The translations under genes and the position numbers were made by a program. A DNA stretch of 64,000 bases from an uncultured Pelagibacteraceae bacterium (GTDB lineage Bacteria > Pseudomonadota > Alphaproteobacteria > Pelagibacterales > Pelagibacteraceae), in NCBI GenBank assembly GCA_902632445.1, contig CACPCL010000004.1:3835-67834 (forward strand). The letters run 5' to 3'. The notes under the pieces are model-generated. The model did no database searches, was not told the origin of the DNA, and was given only the letters and a program-made list of their open reading frames with translations. Positions 38,855 to 47,709 of the stretch are shown piece after piece. Within the stretch, counting starts at the first letter, position 1. The number at the start of each line of letters is the position of its first letter.

Positions 38855-40753
38855 TTGAGTCGAAAATATAACGATATATACCAAGAATCTATTAAAAACA
38901 GAGAAAGTTTCTGGAAGGAAGTTTCAGATAATATCTTTTGGTATAAAAAACCATCAAAAATTTTAAATTCGGATAACCCTCCTTTCTATAAATGGTTTGA
39001 AGATGGTGTTACCAACACTTGTTATAATGCTTTGGACCTTCATATCGATAACGGTAAAGGTAAGAAAATTGCGATTATCTACGATAGCCCGATTACTGGG
39101 ACAAAAAAAAATATAACTTATGATGAATTAAAAGAAAAAGTTTCATTGTTCGCCGGTGCTCTAAAAAATCAAGGTATTAGCAAGGGTGACAGAGTAATAA
39201 TTTATATGCCAATGATACCTGAGGCAGTAGTAGCTATGTTGGCTTGCGGTAGAATAGGCGCTGTGCACTCTGTAGTATTTGGTGGGTTCGCTGCAAATGA
39301 ATTGGCAAGTCGAATAGACGACTCTAGGGCAAAGATTATTGTTACAGCATCATGTGGTTACGAACCAGGAAGAACAGTTCAGTACAAGCCTTTAGTAAAT
39401 AAGGCTTTGGAGCTAGCAAGTCACAAACCTAAAAAATGTATTATCTTTCAGAGAGAAAAAGATAAAGCTGAACTAAATCCTAAGATTGACATCACATGGG
39501 AAGATGCACACAAAAATGTAAAACCAGCAGAATGCGAAAAGATGAATTCAAATGATTATGCATACATACTTTATACTTCTGGAACCACAGGACTTCCAAA
39601 GGGGATCGTAAGAGATATCGGAGGTCATATTGTTGCATTAAAATGGACGATGAAAAATATATATAATATTGAACCCGATGATGTTTGGTGGTCAGCGAGC
39701 GACATAGGATGGATTGTTGGGCATTCTTATATAGTTTACGCACCGTTATTTTACGGCTGTACTACAGTTTTGTTTGAAGGTAAACCAGTTGGCACACCTG
39801 ATGCAGGAGTTTTTTGGAGAATAATTTCAGAGCATAAGGTAAAATCTCTTTTTACAGCTCCAACAGCTATTAGGGCTATAAAAAAAGAAGATCCGAATGG
39901 AGAGTTTTTTAATAAATACGATTTAAGTAGATTTGATAAGCTTTTTCTTGCTGGCGAAAGAGCAGACCCTGACACTATTAAATGGTTTGAAAAACTCTCA
40001 GATTCACCTGTAATTGATCATTGGTGGCAAACTGAAACTAGCTGGGCAATCACTTCTGATTGTACTGGGATAGAGTCGTTTCCTGTTAAATATGGATCAG
40101 CTTTTAAACCAGTGCCAGGTTATGATTTAAAAGTTTTAAATTCTGAAGGCAAGGAAGTTAGTGCAGGAAAAATGGGTGATATCGTAGTAAAACTTCCTTT
40201 GCCTCCTGGAACTTTTCCAACTTTATGGGGCGCTGATAAAAGATATAAAGAAAATTATATGACAACTTATCCTGGTTATTATCAAACCTACGATGCTGGT
40301 CACATTGATGAGGATGGCTATGTTTGGATAATGTCTAGAACGGATGATATAATCAATGTTGCAGGACATAGGCTTTCTACTGGAGCAATAGAGGAAGTGT
40401 TAGCGGAACACCCAAACGTCGCTGAATGTGCAGTAATTGGAATAGCTGATAAACTTAAAGGGCAATTACCCATAGGATTACTTGCCCTTAAAGCAGGAGT
40501 TACAAAAGAAAAAAAAGAAATAATTGATGAATGTGTAAAAATGGTGAGAGAGAAAGTTGGGCCTGTTGCGGCATTCAAAATAGCTATTATAGTAAAAAGA
40601 TTGCCAAAAACTCGATCCGGTAAAGTATTAAGAGGAACTGTAAGAAAAATTGCCGATAACGAACCCTACAAAATGCCTGCAACGATAGATGATCCAGCTA
40701 TCTTAGATGAAATTAAAGCAGATCTAATTGAAAATAAAATATTAAAACTCTAA
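38855..40753 (+). CDS. prpE: Propionyl-CoA synthetase (PrpE-type acyl-CoA ligase); probable TTG start 38855
   Basis: 'YTSGTTGLPKG', 'SDIGWIVGHSYIVYAPL', 'EGKPVGTPD', 'DHWWQTE', 'PKTRSGK', 'PATIDDP'; SD GAGGGAG before TTG 38855. Confidence 0.88.
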   Translation: MSRKYNDIYQESIKNRESFWKEVSDNIFWYKKPSKILNSDNPPFYKWFEDGVTNTCYNALDLHIDNGKGKKIAIIYDSPITGTKKNITYDELKEKVSLFAGALKNQGISKGDRVIIYMPMIPEAVVAMLACGRIGAVHSVVFGGFAANELASRIDDSRAKIIVTASCGYEPGRTVQYKPLVNKALELASHKPKKCIIFQREKDKAELNPKIDITWEDAHKNVKPAECEKMNSNDYAYILYTSGTTGLPKGIVRDIGGHIVALKWTMKNIYNIEPDDVWWSASDIGWIVGHSYIVYAPLFYGCTTVLFEGKPVGTPDAGVFWRIISEHKVKSLFTAPTAIRAIKKEDPNGEFFNKYDLSRFDKLFLAGERADPDTIKWFEKLSDSPVIDHWWQTETSWAITSDCTGIESFPVKYGSAFKPVPGYDLKVLNSEGKEVSAGKMGDIVVKLPLPPGTFPTLWGADKRYKENYMTTYPGYYQTYDAGHIDEDGYVWIMSRTDDIINVAGHRLSTGAIEEVLAEHPNVAECAVIGIADKLKGQLPIGLLALKAGVTKEKKEIIDECVKMVREKVGPVAAFKIAIIVKRLPKTRSGKVLRGTVRKIADNEPYKMPATIDDPAILDEIKADLIENKILKL

Positions 40754-42055
40754 AGGTTTTCCTTTAGACTCAATAAGAATTTTCCCATTAGACATTACTA
40801 AAATTCCATTGACAATTGTTCCTACTGGAAACCCCTTTACTTTATAGTTATGAAAAGGTGTCCAGCCGCATTTACTAGCGATCATTTCATTTTTAATAAC
40901 CACCTCTTTATCCATATCAACGATTGTTAGGTCTGCATCAAAACCCTCTTTAATAAAGCCTTTATTTTTAATACCAAAAATTCTGCATGGATTTTCACAC
41001 ATTAAATTTATTAGTTGGTTTAGAGTAAGTTTTCCATTGTTAACGTGATTGATCATAACTGGAAATATTGTTTGAACACCGGGCATACCAGACGGAGTTT
41101 CTGGGTATACCTTATCCTTATTTACCTTTAGATGTGGGGCATGGTCTGATCCAAGAACATCAACAATATTATTTTTTATTGCTACCCATAATCGATCGTA
41201 ATGTTCTTTTGATCTTAACGGGGGATTCATTTGAGCATATGTTCCTAATTTATCGTAACAGTCTGGTGCGTATAAAGTTAAATGTTGAGGAGTAGTTTCA
41301 AAAGTTACATTTTTTTTATGCATCGCCAAAAAATCTACCTCTTCTTTTGTAGTAACATGCAATACATGGATTTTCTTATTATATCTTTCCGCAATTTTAA
41401 CTACTCTTCGTGTTGATGACATAGCGCATTCTACATTTCTCCATTCTGGATGCGAGTGCACATCTCCTTTTTTAATAAACTTTTTCCTTAATTTAATTAT
41501 ATCTTCATCTTCAGAATGAATTGAAACTATTCTATCGCTACTGGAAATTACTTTCTCAATATCAGATTCTTTATCAACTAATAAATTTCCAGTAGAAGAG
41601 CCTGCAAAAAGTTTTACACCACAACATCCCTCGACATTTTTTAATTTAGCTAGTTGATCAGTATTATTAGGAGTGGCTCCAAAATAAAAAGCATAATTGC
41701 TGTGCATCCTATTTTTAGCTGCTTGTAATTTCTTTTCAAATTCGATCAAATTTGCTGTAGGTGGATTTGTATTAGGCATTTCAAATAAAGAAGTGACTCC
41801 ACCAAGCACTGCTGCTTTACTGCCGCTTTCTAGATCTTCTGCATCAGTAGAACCTGGTTCTCTAAAATGTACTTGTGTATCAATTATACCTGGTAAAACT
41901 AATTTTTCGGTAGCGTCGTAAACTTTATAACTATTAAGTTCTATATTACCTATTTTTTTTATTTTATTTCCAGATAAACCTATGTCTGTTTTTGTTAATT
42001 TTCCATTAATATAACAAGTGCCGTTTTTAATAATGAGACTATAATTATCAGACAT
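40742..42055 (-). CDS. pyrC: Dihydroorotase (amidohydrolase family)
   Basis: 'DTQVHFREPG', 'EMPNTNP', 'KLFAGSSTG', 'QMNPPLR', 'GSDHAPH', 'SKCGWTPF'. Confidence 0.92.
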   Translation of the reverse strand: MSDNYSLIIKNGTCYINGKLTKTDIGLSGNKIKKIGNIELNSYKVYDATEKLVLPGIIDTQVHFREPGSTDAEDLESGSKAAVLGGVTSLFEMPNTNPPTANLIEFEKKLQAAKNRMHSNYAFYFGATPNNTDQLAKLKNVEGCCGVKLFAGSSTGNLLVDKESDIEKVISSSDRIVSIHSEDEDIIKLRKKFIKKGDVHSHPEWRNVECAMSSTRRVVKIAERYNKKIHVLHVTTKEEVDFLAMHKKNVTFETTPQHLTLYAPDCYDKLGTYAQMNPPLRSKEHYDRLWVAIKNNIVDVLGSDHAPHLKVNKDKVYPETPSGMPGVQTIFPVMINHVNNGKLTLNQLINLMCENPCRIFGIKNKGFIKEGFDADLTIVDMDKEVVIKNEMIASKCGWTPFHNYKVKGFPVGTIVNGILVMSNGKILIESKGKPLEF

Positions 42056-42091
42056 ATTTTAAATTTATATTATAATGTATAAGTAACAATT

Positions 42092-42964
42092 ATGAAAAAA
42101 GATCAAGTAGTTATTTTAGAGAAAAGAGGCGCTATCTTAATAAGTGGTAATGACGCTAATGATTTTCTCCAAAATATTATAACAAATGATATCAAAAAAG
42201 TTTCAAATAAAAATTCTATATATGCAGCTTTATTGACACCTCAAGGAAAATATTTAAACGATTTTTTTATCGTAAAAAATCACAAAGGGTATTTGTTAGA
42301 TTGTAATGAAAATTCAACTGAAGAACTTATAAAAAATTTATCTAAGTACAAATTAAGATCTAATATTAAAATTGAAGACCTTTCCTCAGAATTTGTAATT
42401 GGAGTTATAAACCCCGAAAAATTTAAAGAGTTACAAAAAGAGGTCAAATCAGATTTAAATACTATTTATTATAGAGACACTCCTATTTTTTCTGATCCAA
42501 GAAGTAAAAAATTAGGAGCCAGAATATTTTCAAATTTAGAGAAACTTTACTTAACAATAAAAAAATTAAACCTTAAAATTGTAGATGGTTCAGAATACTT
42601 TTCTCTTGCTCATGAGTTAGGAGTGCCTGAAAAAGGTCAGGTAAATTTAAAAGATCAATTATTTGGTTTAGAAGCAAACTTTGAAAAACTGCAAGCTATT
42701 GATTTTAAAAAAGGATGTTTCATAGGGCAAGAGAATACTGCAAGAATGAAATTAAAAAATAAGTTAAGAAGAAGATTGTTACCCATAACATCAAATGAAA
42801 AATTGAATGTAGGTGATGAGGTTGTTTATAATGATATTAAAATAGGGAAAATACTTATAGATGCACCTTATCCTTTTGGATTAATTAATATAATCGACCC
42901 TGATCTTGAAGAATTTAAAAATAAGAAATTGCTTGCAAATAATAAAGAGTGTAAAATTTTATAA
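42092..42964 (+). CDS. ygfZ: YgfZ/Iba57 folate-binding Fe-S repair protein
   Basis: 'FLQNIITND', 'LLTPQGK', signature 'KGCFIGQE'. Confidence 0.9.
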   Translation: MKKDQVVILEKRGAILISGNDANDFLQNIITNDIKKVSNKNSIYAALLTPQGKYLNDFFIVKNHKGYLLDCNENSTEELIKNLSKYKLRSNIKIEDLSSEFVIGVINPEKFKELQKEVKSDLNTIYYRDTPIFSDPRSKKLGARIFSNLEKLYLTIKKLNLKIVDGSEYFSLAHELGVPEKGQVNLKDQLFGLEANFEKLQAIDFKKGCFIGQENTARMKLKNKLRRRLLPITSNEKLNVGDEVVYNDIKIGKILIDAPYPFGLINIIDPDLEEFKNKKLLANNKECKIL

Positions 42965-43078
42965 AACGTTAAGTAGTCTAGATAATGAAGCTAGAATTCC
43001 ATATCCGCTCAATTCAATAAAAGCTATCACTAAAATTATAAGAACAATTCTTTTGTGTTTTCTCAAATATTCAATCAT
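42959..43078 (-). CDS. 39-aa single-TM small protein (absent from the ORF track)
   Basis: Hand translation MIEYLRKHKRIVLIILVIAFIELSGYGILASLSRLLNVL*. SD-like AAAGGG upstream; fills the gap between tRNA-Leu and ygfZ exactly. Confidence 0.65.
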   Translation of the reverse strand: MIEYLRKHKRIVLIILVIAFIELSGYGILASLSRLLNVL

Positions 43079-43090
43079 ATTTTACCCTTT

Positions 43091-43174
43091 TGGTGCGGTC
43101 GGAGAGACTCGAACTCTCACGGGAAACCCACACGCCCCTCAAGCGTGCCTGTCTACCAATTTCAGCACGACCGC
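43091..43174 (-). tRNA. tRNA-Leu (anticodon GAG)
   Basis: GCGGTCG acceptor stem, anticodon arm CACGC-TTGAGGG-GCGTG, long variable arm, GTTCGA T-loop, encoded CCA. Confidence 0.97.
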
Positions 43175-43235
43175 ATTAATAATGCGACAATAAATGAATG
43201 ACAATATTAGTTCAAGTTGATAGATTAGAATAAGT

Positions 43236-44225
43236 ATGTCTGCACAAGAACAGTTTAATAAGAGCTCTTCCGAGATTTATAAAAAGATCTCTAAACACGT
43301 TCCTGAAATAGAGTGGAAAGTGCATGCGCCCTTAATAGAAAAAATTAATAAATTAAAAAAAGAGAAAAATGCTGTAATTCTTGCTCATAATTATCAAACA
43401 CCAGAAATATACCATGGAGTTTCTGACATTGCAGCTGACTCGCTAGCTCTTGCAGTTGAAGCTGCTAAAACTTCTGCTGATATAATAGTTCTTTGTGGAG
43501 TTCATTTTATGGCTGAGACAGCGAAATTAATGAGTCCAGAAAAAAAAGTTTTAATTCCTGATATGAGTGCAGGATGTTCACTTGCTGCTTCATTAACTGG
43601 TGAAGATGTAAGATTATTAAAAAAACAATATCCAGGTGTTCCAGTTGTATCCTATGTAAATACTTCAGCAGATGTGAAAGCAGAAACTGATGTATGTTGT
43701 ACCTCTGCTAATGCAGTTAAAGTTGTAGAGTCATTAAATACTGACAAAGTAATATTCTTACCTGATCAACATTTAGCAAATTATGTAGCTAAACAAACTA
43801 AGGTAAAAATAATTTCTTGGAAAGGTTCTTGTATCGTGCACGAGCAGTTTTCGCGAAAAGAAATTCAAGACATTAGAGAGGCAAATCCCGGAATTAAAGT
43901 TATAGGACACCCTGAATGCCCAAGTGATGTTTTAGATGCATGTGATTTCGCTGGTTCGACTGGCGGCATGATTGATTATGTTAAGAAAAATCAACCAAAA
44001 AAAGTAATGTTAGTAACTGAGTGTTCAATGAGTGACAATGTGCAGGCAGACAATCCTAATGTTGAATTTATTAAACCCTGCAATCTTTGTCCCTACATGA
44101 AAAAAATTACCTTACAAAAAATTCTTGATTGTTTGAAAAATGAAAAGAATGAAATTTTCATTGAAGAAAAAATGGCTAAAGCAGCGAGACAATCTGTTCA
44201 AAGAATGACTGAAATTGGTCGTTAG
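43236..44225 (+). CDS. nadA: Quinolinate synthase
   Basis: 'ILAHNYQ', 'CGVHFMAETAK', 'AGCSLA', 'YVNTSA', 'CIVHE', 'HPEC', 'CPYMK'. Confidence 0.98.
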   Translation: MSAQEQFNKSSSEIYKKISKHVPEIEWKVHAPLIEKINKLKKEKNAVILAHNYQTPEIYHGVSDIAADSLALAVEAAKTSADIIVLCGVHFMAETAKLMSPEKKVLIPDMSAGCSLAASLTGEDVRLLKKQYPGVPVVSYVNTSADVKAETDVCCTSANAVKVVESLNTDKVIFLPDQHLANYVAKQTKVKIISWKGSCIVHEQFSRKEIQDIREANPGIKVIGHPECPSDVLDACDFAGSTGGMIDYVKKNQPKKVMLVTECSMSDNVQADNPNVEFIKPCNLCPYMKKITLQKILDCLKNEKNEIFIEEKMAKAARQSVQRMTEIGR

Positions 44226-44229
44226 ATCA

Positions 44230-45060
44230 GTGCAAAAATTAAATCAACTTTATATAAAATCAGTAGTAAAGAAAGCTTTAGAAGAAGACTTAAATCCTCG
44301 AGGTGACATTACTACAAGCCTAATTAAGTCAAAAAATAAAATTATCAAAGCTAAAATAATAGCTAAACAAGATGGAATAATTGCTGGATTAGATTTTTGT
44401 AAAACAGCTTTTAAGTTTGTTGGAAGAGAAACTGTTTTTTCTAAAAAAGTTTTAGATGGAAAAAAAATTAAAAAAAATAAAGTAATTGCTGAGATTAAGG
44501 CTAAGACCAAAACTATTCTGAGTGCTGAAAGAACTGCTTTAAACTTTCTTAATCATGCCTCTGGAATTGCAACTTTAACAAATCAGTTTACAAAAAAGAT
44601 TAGAAAAAAAACAAAGATATGTTGTACAAGAAAAACAACACCTAATTTAAGAACGCTTGAAAAATATGCTGTAAAAAAAGGAGGTGGCTATAATCATAGA
44701 TACAATTTAAGTGATGAAATTTTAATAAAAGAAAATCATATTAGCGCATCCAATAACCTTAGAGAATTGGTTAAAAAAGCTATTAAAACAAAAAAAATTA
44801 TTACAGTAGAAATAGAAAATATTAATCAACTCAAACAAGTTATGGGACTAAAATTTAAAAGAATTCTTTTTGATAATATGAACTATTTACAATTAAAAAA
44901 ATGTTTATTGCTTTGTAAAAATAGATATCAAACAGAGTACTCGGGTAACGCCACATTAAAAAATATAAGAAAAATATCTAACACGGGTGTAAATAGAATT
45001 TCTGTTGGAACTATTACACATAGTGCTAATTCGTTTGATACGACTTTATTATTTAGATAG
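44230..45060 (+). CDS. nadC: Quinolinate phosphoribosyltransferase (probable GTG start 44230)
   Basis: 'ALEED...GDITT', 'AERTALNFL...SGIAT', 'TRKTTP', 'EKYAV..GGG.NHR', 'LIKENH', 'LFDNM'. Confidence 0.93.
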   Translation: MQKLNQLYIKSVVKKALEEDLNPRGDITTSLIKSKNKIIKAKIIAKQDGIIAGLDFCKTAFKFVGRETVFSKKVLDGKKIKKNKVIAEIKAKTKTILSAERTALNFLNHASGIATLTNQFTKKIRKKTKICCTRKTTPNLRTLEKYAVKKGGGYNHRYNLSDEILIKENHISASNNLRELVKKAIKTKKIITVEIENINQLKQVMGLKFKRILFDNMNYLQLKKCLLLCKNRYQTEYSGNATLKNIRKISNTGVNRISVGTITHSANSFDTTLLFR

Positions 45061-47709
45061 CTCTGCTTGAGCAGCAGCTAGTCTGGCAACTGGAACTCTG
45101 AAAGGAGAGCAAGAAACATAGTTTAGTCCTGTTCTAGAACAAAATTCAATACTCTTTGGATCACCACCATGCTCACCACAAATCCCTAACTTAATTTTTT
45201 TATTTGTTTTTCTGCCTCTTGCGGAAGCTATTTCTACTAATTCTCCTACTCCATTTTGATCAATACTAACAAATGGATCTACATCAAAAATTTTATTATC
45301 AATATAATCGTTTAAAAATTTTCCTGAGTCGTCTCGGCTTATTCCTAAGGTCGTTTGTGTTAAATCGTTAGTCCCAAAACTAAAAAAATCAGCATGTTTT
45401 GAAATAGACTTTGCTTGTAAAGCGGCACGCGGTAATTCAATCATAGTACCTACCATATATTCAAGTTTTATTTTATTTTCTTTTTCAATTTCTTTAGCAA
45501 TTTTATTAACTAAAGCTCTTAAAATTTTTAATTCAGATTCAGTAGACACTAAAGGTATCATTATTTCTACTAAAGCTGATTTTACTTTTTGTTTTTTTAA
45601 TTCAACTATAGCTTCAAAGATTGCTCTACATTGCATCTCATAAATTTCTGGGAAAGAAATACCAAGTCTACAACCCCTGTGTCCAAGCATAGGATTTTCT
45701 TCGTGAAGTTCTGCTATTCTATCTTTAACTTCTTTCGCTGATAAATTTAAAGATCTTGCTACTTCCTCTATGTCTTTATCAGCTTTTGGTAGAAACTCAT
45801 GGAGTGGTGGATCTAGTAATCTTACTGTAACAGGTAAGCCTGTCATAACTTTAAATATTTTTTTAAAGTCTTTTTTTTGATGAGGTAGAAGTTTATCTAA
45901 AGCACTATTTCTGTCCTCTTTTGATTTAGACAAGATCATTTGTCTAACAGATAGAATTCTTTCTTCATCAAAAAACATATGTTCTGTTCTACATAACCCA
46001 ATGCCTTCAGCACCAAACTCTCTAGCTGTTTTGCTATCTGCTTCAGTTTCAGCGTTTGTTCTTACTTTTAATTTCCTAAATTCATCAGCCCATTTCATTA
46101 TTGTAGAAAAGTATCCAGAGATTTCCGGTTGAACAGTAGGAACTAAGCCTTTCATAACTTTTCCACTTCCACCATCTATAGTAATAATATCTCCCTCTTT
46201 AATAATCATGTCCCCGGCTTTAAATTGTTTTAGTTCATAATCAATTGTAATCTCACTAGAACCTGAAACACATGGTCGGCCCATCCCTCTTGCAACAACA
46301 GCGGCATGACTTGTCATACCTCCCCTTGCAGTAAGAATACCTTTTGCTGCATGCATTCCATGTATATCTTCTGGTGAAGTTTCCAATCTTACTAATATAG
46401 TATCTTGCATCATCCCATTCAATTTTTCTGCTTCATCGGCAGTAAAAACAACTTTACCACTTGCAGCTCCTGGTGATGCAGGCAACCCTGAGGCAATAAC
46501 TTCTTTTTTAACTTTATCGTTTAAAGTTGGATGCAATAAGGTATCTAAAGTATTTGGGTCAATTCTTTTTATTGCTTCTTTTTTTGAAATCAATTTTTCT
46601 TTGACCATATCCACTGCAATTTTGATCGCAGCTTTAGCAGTTCTCTTTCCGGATCTTGTTTGAAGCATCCAGAGTTTGTTGTTCTCAACTGTAAACTCAA
46701 TATCCTGCATATCCTTGTAATGCTTCTCTAGCTTTAAAAATACTTTTGCTAACTCTTTATAAACCTTAGGCATAGCCTCCTCCATTGAGGGGTCTTTTGA
46801 ACCTGAATCTTGTTTTGCTTTTTTTGTAATATATTGTGGAGTTCTTGTACCTGCTACAACATCTTCACCTTGTGCATTAATTAAAAATTCTCCAAAAAAA
46901 GAGTTTTCTCCAGTTGAAGGATTTCTGGTAAAAGCTACGCCAGTTGAACAATCATTACCCATATTTCCAAAAACCATAGCTTGAACATTTACAGCTGTTC
47001 CCCAATTATCAGGAATTTGATTTAATTTTCTATAAGTTTTTGCTCTTTGACTATCCCAGGATAGAAATACAGCATTGATTGCTCCTAACAATTGCTCTTT
47101 AACTTCTTGGGGAAAATTAATTTTTTTTTCTTTCTTTACTAAATCTTTAAAATTGATAATCAAACCGTCCCAATCACTCTCATCTAAATCTGTGTCTAGC
47201 AAAACTCCTTTTGTTAACTTATAATTATCAATTAGTTCTTCAAATAAATGTCCCTCTACCCCCAACACTACATTGCTATACATCTGTATAAATCTTCTAT
47301 AACTATCTTTAGCAAATCTTCCGTTTGACGTTTTCTTTTTCAAAGACTCAACAGTTTTATCATTTAAACCTAAATTTAAAATTGTATCCATCATACCAGG
47401 CATTGAAACTCTAGCTCCTGATCTAACTGAAACTAGCAATGGGTTTTTAAGATCACCGAATTTCTTTTTTGTTTTCTTTTCAATATTTTTAAGTTCTAGC
47501 TCAATTTTTTGAATTACCTTTTTAGGAAGTTTTTTTTTATTTTTATAAAAAAGATCACAAACCTCAGTTGTAATTGTAAATCCTGGAGGAACGGGCAAGC
47601 CCAATCTTCCCATCTCACCAAGATTGGCCCCTTTGCCGCCTAAAATATTTTTTTTATTCTTTATTTTTTTTGCGGTTTTGTCGTCAAAACTAAAAACTAC
47701 TTTTGCCAT
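45049..47709 (-). CDS. ppdK: Pyruvate, phosphate dikinase
   Basis: 'LGGKGANL', 'SVRSGARVSMPGMMDT', 'GGMTSHAAVVARG', 'GIGLCRTEHMF', 'FSFGTNDLTQ', 'GICGEHGG'. Confidence 0.98.
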   Translation of the reverse strand: MAKVVFSFDDKTAKKIKNKKNILGGKGANLGEMGRLGLPVPPGFTITTEVCDLFYKNKKKLPKKVIQKIELELKNIEKKTKKKFGDLKNPLLVSVRSGARVSMPGMMDTILNLGLNDKTVESLKKKTSNGRFAKDSYRRFIQMYSNVVLGVEGHLFEELIDNYKLTKGVLLDTDLDESDWDGLIINFKDLVKKEKKINFPQEVKEQLLGAINAVFLSWDSQRAKTYRKLNQIPDNWGTAVNVQAMVFGNMGNDCSTGVAFTRNPSTGENSFFGEFLINAQGEDVVAGTRTPQYITKKAKQDSGSKDPSMEEAMPKVYKELAKVFLKLEKHYKDMQDIEFTVENNKLWMLQTRSGKRTAKAAIKIAVDMVKEKLISKKEAIKRIDPNTLDTLLHPTLNDKVKKEVIASGLPASPGAASGKVVFTADEAEKLNGMMQDTILVRLETSPEDIHGMHAAKGILTARGGMTSHAAVVARGMGRPCVSGSSEITIDYELKQFKAGDMIIKEGDIITIDGGSGKVMKGLVPTVQPEISGYFSTIMKWADEFRKLKVRTNAETEADSKTAREFGAEGIGLCRTEHMFFDEERILSVRQMILSKSKEDRNSALDKLLPHQKKDFKKIFKVMTGLPVTVRLLDPPLHEFLPKADKDIEEVARSLNLSAKEVKDRIAELHEENPMLGHRGCRLGISFPEIYEMQCRAIFEAIVELKKQKVKSALVEIMIPLVSTESELKILRALVNKIAKEIEKENKIKLEYMVGTMIELPRAALQAKSISKHADFFSFGTNDLTQTTLGISRDDSGKFLNDYIDNKIFDVDPFVSIDQNGVGELVEIASARGRKTNKKIKLGICGEHGGDPKSIEFCSRTGLNYVSCSPFRVPVARLAAAQAELSK

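Noticed and set aside
42906-43193. 95-aa + strand ORF
   Set aside because: It runs antisense across tRNA-Leu and the better-supported 39-aa minus-strand ORF.
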